Source of the DNA: a virus
IMG/VR virus record: IMGVR_UViG_3300027906_000009
Coordinates: 27,315 to 91,314 of that record
Length of the DNA stretch: 64,000 nt
Reading direction: 5' to 3' (one strand)
The translations under genes and the position numbers were made by a program. Positions 29,333 through 40,300 of the stretch are shown one piece after another (positions within the stretch are counted from its first letter, which is position 1; each line of letters opens with the position of its first letter). The notes below the pieces were generated by a model. It was not told the origin of the DNA. It did no database searches and saw nothing but the letters and a program-made list of their open reading frames with translations.

Positions 29333-31926
29333 TATTCCACTCTAAACCTAAATTTTTCATTTAAAATTGATTTTTGATCGCCATGAATACAACAAAAAGA
29401 GATTTCATAAAGGTACCTTTGTTGTAAATAACTAGTGTCTAAAAGAAAGTTACAACCCCGTTCGTTATACCCAAGTCCAGAAAAATTTACTGCACTCCCG
29501 GTTGAAAATGGCACAATCACTAAATCATCTGCAACTCTTTTTATTTGGTAATATACGTTATCGAAATAATCAGGTGATGCATATCCTGTTACTTTTGAAT
29601 ATACATTAGGATTACTTAGTTTATTTTTTATAGTTACATTTAATTGAGACTTTTCTCCTGATTTGTAGCTTGGTTTCAAATTTTGTATAGATGCAATCTT
29701 GTCTATATTCACGCTTTCGCCAGAATATATATCTCTATATGATTTAACCTTAACAGGAGAATTACCACCAAAACCTCTTATATTGCCGGTATTCGAATCT
29801 AATGCTTTGGAATTACTTCCTGTTGGTATAGTCCATTTCTCATACAATGTGTCTTGAGCTATATTGTTTGATATGATGAAAGATGCTTTATAGACTCCCG
29901 TCGATTGTTTAACGCAAGTGACGTCAACTCCTGAAACTGCTTCTGAAGAGTTTCCTCTAAAATTTCTTTTTATTATTTGCAAGTCTAAGGCCGCTTTAGG
30001 AAGAGGCCATTTTACGTCAGGATCCGAATCAAATACTGATCCACTTAGTGGTAAAGATTTTAAATAAGTTATAATGTCACCACCATTAGTGGGATCTGTT
30101 TTAGTGGTTAATGTGTCGTGTGTGTTCGATGCATTGAAAGATCCAAAATCGCCAAAGAATTTTGGAGGCTGCAGTGATGTAGTTATGGGATTTCCCGATG
30201 CATCTGCAGTTCGGTGTAACGTAACAGAAGAATTCCAGCCATGATTGTTACCCCCTACAACTCGAGTATAAATTCTGATTTTATTGAAGCCATAATTGAT
30301 TGCCCGGAAAAGATTCGAGAACCCTGGATGTCTGTTCATTGTCTCAACTAAACTTTCCGCCGTCTTAACAATATTTTCCATACCATCAGGAGAATATGCC
30401 GGATATGCCTGGGGGTGTCGTTGGATATGCCTCATTGCTCTTGCTCTACTTGCAAAGTTACGCTGTTTCAAGCCGATGGGATAAAAATAAAAAGAAGTAG
30501 TTTCCAGCGTTAAGGGATTATAGTAAGATACTATGACTATACCAGAACCAGTATTTTGACTATTACCTCCAGTTGCCTGATCGTATGCTGATGTCTCTAA
30601 AAGAGTTAGCATCTCGAATTCAGCATAAGCATTTTTTAAATCATCAGCCTCACTGTTGGATGTTGTATATACCGTATTATCTAGTACTATTGAGACGTGT
30701 TCTGACAAGCCTTTATCTGTCGTCAATGCAAATTTTGGAATTGATGGTAGGTCCACTAGTTTCCCATTTATATAATTGTGATAGTAAAGGTTGTTTGTGT
30801 TTTGTGCATTTGTAAGCTTAGGGTCAGCAGTAACAAGTTTTCCTCTATCATCAGTAATCCTAGAATCCCACTGTGCCTCTATTACGGGCCTCTGGAAATA
30901 ATATTCCGATTCTCTTGCCGAAAACTTCTTTGTGAAATATGATTTTTTTAAACTTCCGTCTTCGAAAGATCCAGAAAGCTTAATTAAAAAGCCATTGTTT
31001 TGAATCCCTGCGCCGCCTGAAAAGTTAACAACAACAGATGCCATATTTTTTGTTATTGTCGTGTTTCCGTAATACCCTTTATGCTTCTGGGTTATATTTA
31101 CCTTTAATGGGTCGCTTCCATCAATTGCTCCGGAAAATATAGTGTTGAATGCTGAACTATCGAATAAACCTTTAAATTTTCCCACCACTGTTGATATATT
31201 GTTACTACTAACATCTAACAAATGTGTTTTGTCAGTTGATCCAGAAGTGTTAGCAGTTTGTACTATTCTGTAGTCGCCATTAGTGGCGCGGAATTTCAGT
31301 GTTTCACCAACGGGTGGCACGGTACCAAATTTTACAGATCCGGATGCTGCAGAAAAATAAGAGCTTTCTTGTGATTTGATATACTCTTCAATTATTGGCG
31401 TCACATTGATGCTCAAATCTTCTAAACCGGTATCGAAAGTTTGATTAAATTCTACTGGAATTGTAGCGCTATTCATCTCTTGTTTTATAGGTATCGATGC
31501 GCCTTCGGTCGCCCAAGAGAGGCCGGTATCTCTATATTGCCAGTTACAAGTGTCCAAGTCCGAAAACTCTTCCATATCTAAGCCTAATCCCTCCCTCCAA
31601 GATTCAAGAATCGGAATGGCTGAAATGGTAAAATTTTTAGGTATTGTATTCCCATGTTTTACATTAAACAAATTTAAATTAAATTGAACTGAAGATGATG
31701 CTGGTATCAAGTTTGAGGTTCTATTTGCGGTTATTTCAGTTATAGGAAATTGTACTAAAATTCTGGTTTTTTCTATTGATGAAGTAGTGGCTTGACCATA
31801 GACAGAATAAATTTCTAGAACGTCAGATGCGCCCATGTTCGATAATTTACCAGTCTGGGACATACCGCTTTTGAATGCTGTTGTGATAGTGTTATCTTTA
31901 TTTGCTGTGTATCTTTTTATGGCCAT
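29332..31926 (-). CDS. Virion/baseplate protein, 864 aa, with DNRLRE-like N-terminus and inserted modules
   Basis: MAIKRYTANKDNTIT...RILVQF...W.EG.G...NNGFLIK...F.ARE....RP.IE..WD pattern of phage DNRLRE-like beta-sandwiches. Confidence 0.6.
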   Translation of the reverse strand: MAIKRYTANKDNTITTAFKSGMSQTGKLSNMGASDVLEIYSVYGQATTSSIEKTRILVQFPITEITANRTSNLIPASSSVQFNLNLFNVKHGNTIPKNFTISAIPILESWREGLGLDMEEFSDLDTCNWQYRDTGLSWATEGASIPIKQEMNSATIPVEFNQTFDTGLEDLSINVTPIIEEYIKSQESSYFSAASGSVKFGTVPPVGETLKFRATNGDYRIVQTANTSGSTDKTHLLDVSSNNISTVVGKFKGLFDSSAFNTIFSGAIDGSDPLKVNITQKHKGYYGNTTITKNMASVVVNFSGGAGIQNNGFLIKLSGSFEDGSLKKSYFTKKFSARESEYYFQRPVIEAQWDSRITDDRGKLVTADPKLTNAQNTNNLYYHNYINGKLVDLPSIPKFALTTDKGLSEHVSIVLDNTVYTTSNSEADDLKNAYAEFEMLTLLETSAYDQATGGNSQNTGSGIVIVSYYNPLTLETTSFYFYPIGLKQRNFASRARAMRHIQRHPQAYPAYSPDGMENIVKTAESLVETMNRHPGFSNLFRAINYGFNKIRIYTRVVGGNNHGWNSSVTLHRTADASGNPITTSLQPPKFFGDFGSFNASNTHDTLTTKTDPTNGGDIITYLKSLPLSGSVFDSDPDVKWPLPKAALDLQIIKRNFRGNSSEAVSGVDVTCVKQSTGVYKASFIISNNIAQDTLYEKWTIPTGSNSKALDSNTGNIRGFGGNSPVKVKSYRDIYSGESVNIDKIASIQNLKPSYKSGEKSQLNVTIKNKLSNPNVYSKVTGYASPDYFDNVYYQIKRVADDLVIVPFSTGSAVNFSGLGYNERGCNFLLDTSYLQQRYLYEISFCCIHGDQKSILNEKFRFRVE

Positions 31927-33752
31927 TAGAATATTTTCCCTGTAATGTCTTGTATATTTTTAACTTCCCAAATATAATTTTCAGGCATGAAAATTTCTGA
32001 TCCATCTGGCAAGGTATTTCCAGGGATGTCCCAAGATGTGTCTGAATAACCTTCTCCTGTTTTTACAATAATTTTTATTCTATTGATATTTTCAATTTTA
32101 GGAGATGTTATTTCATTTAGTTTTTGTGTTATCCTACCTATTGAAAATGGAGTTCCTATTGTGGGAGGATCTAATTGTAATTTTTCGTAAAGCTTTTCTT
32201 TTATTATGGACAAAGCTGTGTTTTTATTCTCTAAGCGAGACAACTTTAAATCAAGCTCAATCCCTAAATTTAAGATGCTGGCATCATATATATCATATTC
32301 ATCATGAATCATTTTAACCCTGTTTAAATATGTTCGGACATTCGATCTGAGTGCGGAGCCTGCAGGAGCTAGTGTACCATCTGAAGTTTCCGAAACTAAA
32401 TAAATATTTATTCTCTTTCTCAGCCCAGCGAGATTTTGTGTAACATTTACTTTCTTTATCTTACCATATTTTTCAGGCATTCTATATATTTGCGCTTTTA
32501 AGTCACGGTGAGTGACCGCTCTACCTTGAGAGCCTCTCGAAGCTCTTAGGATTTGCGAGATCTCTTGAGTTGAACCAAAAGATACATGGCCGCTAAAAGG
32601 CTCCGGATTATTACAAGATATATTGTTTTTAATTTCACTCATCAAAGAATCTGATAATGTATTTTTATCAAATTCTACTATTGCTGCAGTTACAGTATTT
32701 ATAGTCCCTGCTGAAGCTCCAGTATTCACCCCATCGTTTGACCTATAAGTTATTGTAAGAGTTGTATCTTGAGGCGCTATACCAAAAGATTCGGAATCTG
32801 AAAACATTTCCGGTATAGTATCAACTTCCTCTGCAGCTATATTCCCCCTTGATTGTACAACGTTTGCTGAGGGTTCTGCTGGGATATCTGAGTTGTCCTG
32901 CCCTACCATCAATTGTTTATCTGAACCCTTGCCAAATAACATGTAGAATCTGCCACTCTCTTTTATTATCTGAAATCTTCTTGGGACCTGTTTTGTTGTA
33001 TATGTTGACATGCCTTGAGAATATTCTTGTGCATTTCGTGGTTTGGTCTCTACCTCTATTGTGTCTAGCAGTAAATTTGCTACTTGAAAATATTCGCGGC
33101 CGCGGCTGTCGATACAACTAATGATTTCAGAAAAAGATTGGTCCGATATTAATATTTTTGAAAAGTGTGGCGTCTCTTGTTTTCCCACATCTACTGAAAA
33201 ACTTCTTCTTTGGCCAAGTTTTGCAAGTTTTGTAATCTTTGCCAACTTCATCGCGGATGTGGATCCATCTACACTATACTGTGAATTTATAATTTCCATT
33301 GTATTTGGGTGAAAATATGCTGATTCCGCCAACTCCACTACTTGACCTTCTGCGCCGGAAAAAAGACTTTCAGCCTCAATTTCAAAAGCGGCATCTATAT
33401 CGGGGGCACCTAATGCATCTTGTGGGTATGGTGCAATTATATCTAAAAACCCATATAAAACTGGTTGGGCTCCGAGGATCCAGCCGTCGTTAAGAGCTAG
33501 TTGGTCTAGAGAATCTTGGCCTCTTGCTGTATTGACATGGCACTCATTGGCCACAAAATGAGCATAAAAGTTTAATTGCTCGCCCATCATGGCCATTAAG
33601 TCAAACATCAATGCGCCAAAACTAGAGTCACTAAAATCCCTATAAGTATCAGGATATCTTGTTTTTGCTCTGTTTATTAAATCCGACCTTATCTCATCAA
33701 AAGTAACATTTGTGTAATCAGTCGTGTTACCACTTCTTCTATTTTCTGACAT
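31926..33752 (-). CDS. Baseplate wedge protein (T4 gp6 / P2 gpJ-like)
   Basis: DYT..FDEIRSDLI..K..YPDTYRDFS.SS.G...DLMA..G.QL.FY N-terminus, FG.G motif and SQGRAVT..D. Confidence 0.85.
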   Translation of the reverse strand: MSENRRSGNTTDYTNVTFDEIRSDLINRAKTRYPDTYRDFSDSSFGALMFDLMAMMGEQLNFYAHFVANECHVNTARGQDSLDQLALNDGWILGAQPVLYGFLDIIAPYPQDALGAPDIDAAFEIEAESLFSGAEGQVVELAESAYFHPNTMEIINSQYSVDGSTSAMKLAKITKLAKLGQRRSFSVDVGKQETPHFSKILISDQSFSEIISCIDSRGREYFQVANLLLDTIEVETKPRNAQEYSQGMSTYTTKQVPRRFQIIKESGRFYMLFGKGSDKQLMVGQDNSDIPAEPSANVVQSRGNIAAEEVDTIPEMFSDSESFGIAPQDTTLTITYRSNDGVNTGASAGTINTVTAAIVEFDKNTLSDSLMSEIKNNISCNNPEPFSGHVSFGSTQEISQILRASRGSQGRAVTHRDLKAQIYRMPEKYGKIKKVNVTQNLAGLRKRINIYLVSETSDGTLAPAGSALRSNVRTYLNRVKMIHDEYDIYDASILNLGIELDLKLSRLENKNTALSIIKEKLYEKLQLDPPTIGTPFSIGRITQKLNEITSPKIENINRIKIIVKTGEGYSDTSWDIPGNTLPDGSEIFMPENYIWEVKNIQDITGKIF

Positions 33753-34279
33753 TATAATTCCCTCTCGTCGCTTGTATAAGAGATCCCCTTTCTGAAAAAT
33801 TCTGGCTTTTCTGATTCAAATTTATCTAACTCTTCTATAAATATTTGGTTTTGCGAGTTTAATGAAAAAGAAGATGCAAAAACAACAGTATTGCGGATGG
33901 CGTAGATTAAAACAATTTTCATCCTATTGTTATCTATATCGTTGCTTTCTGAATTGAATTTAAGATCCATTAATTTTATCTGTGGCAAATATCTTTGAAG
34001 TTGCCCTACTATTTTTGATCTTAATCCCATAAATTGCTCAGATGTTGAAAAATCGAAAAGACATCTTCGCAGACCAATTCCAAGATTTGGTTTCATTGGC
34101 CACTCTCCGGGGTTTGTCAATAATAAATTTATAAAATTTCTTTGATACGATTTTTCTTTTGATGTTATCGGCCTATATGGACCATAAATATGATCATAGA
34201 CCAACGGAAAATCAGGTTGCTGTTGCTTTTCTATAAAAGAGTTTCTTACTCTTGATTTTGTATCACTTATAAACGACAT
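33752..34279 (-). CDS. Baseplate wedge/sheath initiator (T4 gp25 / P2 gpW-like)
   Basis: NLLLTNPGEWPMKPNLGIGL...LF...I...L.RYLPQI, adjacent to gp6. Confidence 0.85.
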   Translation of the reverse strand: MSFISDTKSRVRNSFIEKQQQPDFPLVYDHIYGPYRPITSKEKSYQRNFINLLLTNPGEWPMKPNLGIGLRRCLFDFSTSEQFMGLRSKIVGQLQRYLPQIKLMDLKFNSESNDIDNNRMKIVLIYAIRNTVVFASSFSLNSQNQIFIEELDKFESEKPEFFRKGISYTSDEREL

Positions 34280-34296
34280 AATTTTTGTTCCACTTA

Positions 34297-34305
34297 TTAA
34301 ATAGT
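34297..34305 (-). promoter_or_regulatory. Putative late-promoter motif ACTATTTAA upstream of the gp25-gp6 operon
   Basis: Intergenic copy of the recurring motif. Confidence 0.5.
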
Positions 34306-34311
34306 TTTAAT

Positions 34312-37300
34312 CTAATAATCTTCGCATTCTTCAGAAGGTATTTCTTCGTTATTAATTACTCTGCAGTTTGCCTTTTTTAGTATCATATCTGATTTAAGTG
34401 CAGGAGTCGAAAGCGCTAAGGCAGTCCAAAGCGACAGGGCATGCCCGTATCTGCCGTATTTTCCAACATCATATTTGTTGCCTTTCTTCCAATCATCAGC
34501 ATCTTCAGGATTTAAACAAGGTATATTAAAACCCCTGGACATATCTAAAAATGGAAGATTACCACCGTAAATATACGCGAGGGTCTTTAGTGTAGTTTTC
34601 CCAAGGCGCGCCGGTAATTTTCGCCATGAAGAAGTAACGGCGTATACAACATCCAGCGCGGCTATCGGTGTTATCGGTGCATAGGCCCCTTTTTCTTTGT
34701 TTCGTTGATCAGGCGTATCTCCCCTTGGCAAGAGAAGGCCGGCAGTCGTTGTGTCATCCATGGTACCCTCCCACGCAATCGATTTCCAACCAAAATCTCC
34801 GTATGGGTTGTCCTCGTGTGCGGATTCTATCCTTCTTAAATCACAATTCAAATAATGTTCTCTCATTTCTTGATAAGCAGGATCTAACACTCGAGCAATC
34901 CCTCTAAATATTATAGATGGAAATTGCAGCGCTAATTTTGCAAGGTCTTCAAGCATTTGCAAAAAGAATTCCCCGCCGGGGAAACCAAAACAAGAAGCTT
35001 TTGTTGGGTCTGCTGGAAACTGATCCGTTAAAGTCTTTTGATATTGGTCTGGCTTTAAGGGTATCAAACCCCATTGTTCTCGGGCTGAGGTTGAACAAAG
35101 TTTCATCAAAAAACTTATTGATTGTTTGCAAGATTCAAAAGTTGTAGGTAACTTATTATATCCTCCTAAAATTGATGAAGACATAATAGAGTACATGCCC
35201 ATATATCTTTTTATGGGAAAAATTGTTTCGAACAGATCTCTATATTCTTGCTTTTCTTTTAGTTTCTGAACAATAAAATTTCTAGAAATTTCTCTGTCCA
35301 TGCCATCCTTTAGGATTGATTCGCACGATTCTAGGTCTATTACTCTTTCATGCTTTACCAAAGGTATAGACAGTGCTAGATTATCCTCTAGATAGCCGGT
35401 AGACCGCACCCAGACCCTATATGCTCTTTGGGTTCTAGATATATCACCGCTGCGTATATCTTCAATATTGCATATTTCCCTCATAGCATTATCACTAAAA
35501 ACATCATTTGGCCAGGGCCCAGAAATATTAAAAGTCCCAGATTGATCTTCCCCAGTTGGAATTAGACTTGAATCAAAATTAGATACCGCTAACAGATTTA
35601 GTCTACTGCCATGTTTTATAGTTGAATTTTCAAAAATATCGCGAAGTACTTCTGTGTCAAAAACGTTATTTATTCTTTCTATTAGCATGTTGAAACTTGC
35701 AGTACTTACAATCATTTCACCAGTTTCTTCAGAATTTTGATTAAACTTATCACTAAGTCGTAATCCTAAACCATTAGTATTAGTATTGGCTCGAATATTT
35801 GGGTCTTCTATAATCTCCTTCGTTATAATTTTACCTGATAGTGAAACGTATGTTTCTATGATAAAGTTAGAAGTATTTTTTTCATATACCTTTGATTGGG
35901 TCCTTCCAGGGCCGATAACTTCTTGTGCGGCAGAATATAACAATCCTGGGGCCCCCTGAATCGTCGTAGGGCCGAGAAAGGAAGAGGGTTCGCAAACTGG
36001 TATGTAATTTTTAGTATACCAATCAATACCATCTTCATCTGAAGTGTTGGGGTTAAATACTTGTTTTGAATAATCCGGGAGCTTTATAAGTTCCTCTTCT
36101 ATTAGAGATTTTAAAGCCAAGTCTGTATTTGTTATACCTGTGGTTCTCTCTAAAATATCTCTCCACAAATGTTTACAATTTCGGTTTCGATCCAACTCTA
36201 ATTTTACATGATATATTATATAATCTTTATATAAAGGTTCAGTTATAACCGGTTCTATATCCCAATCTGAAAATGCCAAACCTCCTTTTAGCAGCGTATC
36301 GATAAGACACACTCTAACGAAAGCAACTAACGCTAAATTTTGCAGTGATTTTTCTAGGGGACCTACTGAATCTATTGTCTGATTAAATGCTGAGTTTTCC
36401 GGCTTGCTAGCTTCTTTATAATATTCTTTTTTTGCATCTGATAATATAATTTTATTAAAATCTAAAACGGAATCACTAGTAAGTCCATATCTATTTCTGA
36501 TACATTTATTCTCTTCGTCGATGTTTACTTCCGCTGCGAGTCTATTATGAAGTTGCCCTGCATACTCCTCATCAAAAAGAGGCGACTCTCTAAAACTATT
36601 TCCCATATTTTGAAAAACAGTTTCTGTCACATCTTTGTAAACATCAGTATATAAACCAGAATGTGCGGCTGAAGTAAGAGTATCCGTGGAAATCCCGTTG
36701 TTTTTTAAACTATTGGTTACTATCTTAGAAAAAGCTTCATTTTTGGAAAAATATTTATCTTCACCTCTTTCATTAAATTTTGTTATTCTATCTGGGATGG
36801 ACTCACAGTATTTAAATTGTTTAAAATATCTAGAATTAATCTTTCCTGCAGGGTTTTTTCTTGATTGTAAAATGTGAAAATCACTCTCTACTGAAATATC
36901 AAACCTATCTTGATTTTTTTTCGCGGGTTTCTGGGTAAATACAATGCTTGGAGAATACGAATCCGTAACATTAAATTCTAATTTAATTTTTAAATCGCTT
37001 GGTCTAGGGACATGATCTCTTATTTGCAAACCGGAAAGCTCAGGGGCTATAAATTTTTCTGTTCTTATAAACTTTTGCATCATTAGCAAATGCTTCTCTG
37101 ATATTTGACTTGGCCTATTTTCTAGCGCTGTCTCCAAATCGCCGGATAAAAGGCGTACGCGGTCTGAAATTGCCTTTAATAGGTCTGGGTTATTAATCGC
37201 TGTCTTTTCTACAAAGCCGTGCATTCGATCATAAATGTTCTCTCCACCATAATGCATCCCGATAGCTTTGGTTAAGTCCGCTCTCTGCTCGGCTGTTATT

Positions 37301-40300
37301 AATCCCTGTAGGTATGCTATTTCTTTTACCACCTCTTCTGTCATAGCAGTAAATGGTCCCCCCGCGTAGTCGGTCGTGGCTATTGGCCAATCGATCTCTG
37401 CTGTCGAGTTCAAACCTAAAACATGTGGATGCCAAGGGTAAGAGGATCGAGACCCCGGGTCCTGCGCGGGCCCGATTCCGTCTGGATCGTTGGCGCATGC
37501 AATCGTACTCAGAACAAACATATCTTCATTCTCCGGGTCATTAACTTTTCTCACATACTCTTCGTAACTTAATTTCCTTGGGTGATATTGATCTCCTTCA
37601 GAAGTTTTAGAAAAGACACTATAAGTTAATTTTGTTATACCTTGACTGTCTGTGATATTGAAATAGTTACTCTCTCGACCAGCTTGTGAATGCTGAGCGC
37701 ATATGAAAGGAATATATTTTTCTCCTGTTTGAGGGTCTGTCGTTGGAGTAACTGCATATTTTACATGTACTTTTCTTTTTTGTACACCTCCGGTGTCTGG
37801 GTCTACATATTCAATTTCCTCTGTTTCAAACATTGTATATAACATCTTTGCTTGAAAGGCGGTAATCTCTATTTTTCCATATTCTTTAAGTTTTTCTATC
37901 CGAGTAGATGCATCTTCACGCATCTTTTCCCATGTCTTTTTTAAACTACCCAATGGCTTTGTTTCATTTATAACAATTCCATCAGCGACGCCAAAATCCT
38001 CTGACTGATTAAGTAAAACTTTTATATTCTGGTCTGTGATAATTTTTTGCTGCAATCCTGACTCTGTTGGGTTTTTAATGCCTTCAAGCGCTGAGCGTTT
38101 ATTTCTATATGGCCGCCAGTGCGCAGTGCCCAAATATACTGCGTATTGTTCCCTTATAAGCTTTATATAGTTATTTACCATATGGAGGTTTAAATTTACA
38201 ATAAAACTGCTATGTCGTTTATTTTTATGATCAAGATCAAAATACTCTTCATCACTGTATGTGTGCATTCGGTTGGATTCTCTACCAAAATTAAATTGCT
38301 CAGTTGTGTATGGCTCATCACGAATTTCGTAGGCGAAGTGGCCATTGTGTTCCCTTGGGTCGATTGAAGGGTCACCGATTCGGTCTTCTTCAAGTCTCGA
38401 ACTGATGAGTACTCCTTCTTTGGTTCGTGCTTCATACTGCCATTTTTCTTCTTGGTTACCGTACAACATCGCGCCGACCCTACGCCATGGACCGGTCCAT
38501 GGTTCCGGATAAAGCAATTGAAATATTTTCCCATCGTCATCTTGTTTAAACGTATTCATCCATTTTTTAAATCTTTCTACATTATATCTTATTTTAAATT
38601 TCTCTATATCTCTTAAAATACTTCCTTCTGCGGATAATTTAACAAGATCTGGCACATCACTATCATAAAGGTTTATATATCTATCAGATATTGTTAAACC
38701 GTCCAGATCTAGATCGGATATATAAAATTCAGGCCGATATATGTCGAGAGTATAGTCTCTCTGAAGTGTCTTAATACTGGCGTCACGTGGTCGGCCGGCG
38801 ATGCCGTAAATTTCTTCTCTCTGTTCATATGGAAGAAAAAGTTCTAGGGCGAGATCCGCAGAAGTGTCAAATATAATTGATGGATCTGATTTGGCATTCG
38901 TGACAAATGAATTGCGTTGTGCCTGTGTTACATCCAAATTCAGTACGCCGGCGTTTTGATACATCTGATCATCCGACTCAAGAATTTCTTTATAGTTTTC
39001 TATTTCCAAGATTCCGATATCAATATCTTCTTTAAGTTTTTCGTCTCTAAGAATAAATTGTTGAACTTCTTGAGGTGTCAGCATATATTCCTCGTAGTCA
39101 GATGCACTCCCTATCAAATCATCGTACTCTTGTTTAGTTAGTTCTTGTTTTAATACCTCTGCCTTGGACATAAAGGATGATTGTTCTAAAGCTGTTCCAT
39201 ACAGGGCCAGACGCGTTGAATTAGCTTCCATTATTAGTTCGTTATCTGTAAAATATGTAGCTTCCTTGGTAGCGTCAGGGTGGTCCGCGGTTGAGATTGA
39301 CATGTAAGGCACATAGGTGGATAAAGTTCCTTGGTATGCCAATTTGGCGGACATAAAGACATTTTCTGCAGTGGTCTGTAATTCTCTTTCTAAGAAGTCT
39401 GGAAGGGTATTGATGATCGCATTTGGGTTACCAATTCCGAATCCTGGTGGGACCATGCTACCTATCTCCATTCCTGAAAACTCTCTTAAGGAATTTTCAG
39501 TATTTTTCAGGTCTCTTTCGGCCTTATCTAACACTCTTTGTAACTCTTCTGAAGTTACGCAGTCCCCATCTCCAGCCTGTAGTCTGTTCCTTATTGACTG
39601 TAGCTCTGATGCGATATCTGAACAATCTGGTGCCTGAGATGTTTCAAAGGCTGTAATCTGAGAAATTTGTTCGCAAAGATTGTCTGGAACATATGAGCCC
39701 AAAACTTGGAAAAAGTTAGCGACTTCATCGTCGGTCATCTCTGTCTGCATTCCTTCAGATGTCACTCTTCTTACCATAGACATCCCGGCCGCGTCCAAAG
39801 TTTGGCCGGCCATGAGGCCGCACAATTCATTTCCGGTTACAATTTTTGCTACGTCTCCGAAAGCCTTTTTAGCACTCTCTGCCTTATCTTTTTCCACTGC
39901 GTCGCCTAAATTAGTCAAGGATTGCGCTAACGCTTGGTCAAATATTGGGCCGCCGGCGGAGGATCCTGCGGCGATAAACTCTCTCAATTGTTCTTCACAA
40001 AAAGGAGATACCAAACTATCAATCAATGTAGATATAAAGTTCAATAATAATTGATACAATAATTTCGCTAGCTGTTCTTTAAGAAATTTCCACTGATTAG
40101 GGTATTGGCCCCAAATTGGAACTTTCGGGAATGGCGGCAAATAAAGATCTGGAAGCTTTAGATTGACAGTTGGCATCTTTATACATTTCAAGTAATCACA
40201 AAGAAGTGATGCTAAATCTATTTTATCCAAAAATTGATCATACAAATCCCCGACGGTCTGTACTTTACCAGCCAATTTAAAGGCGTCATTCTCATTACCT

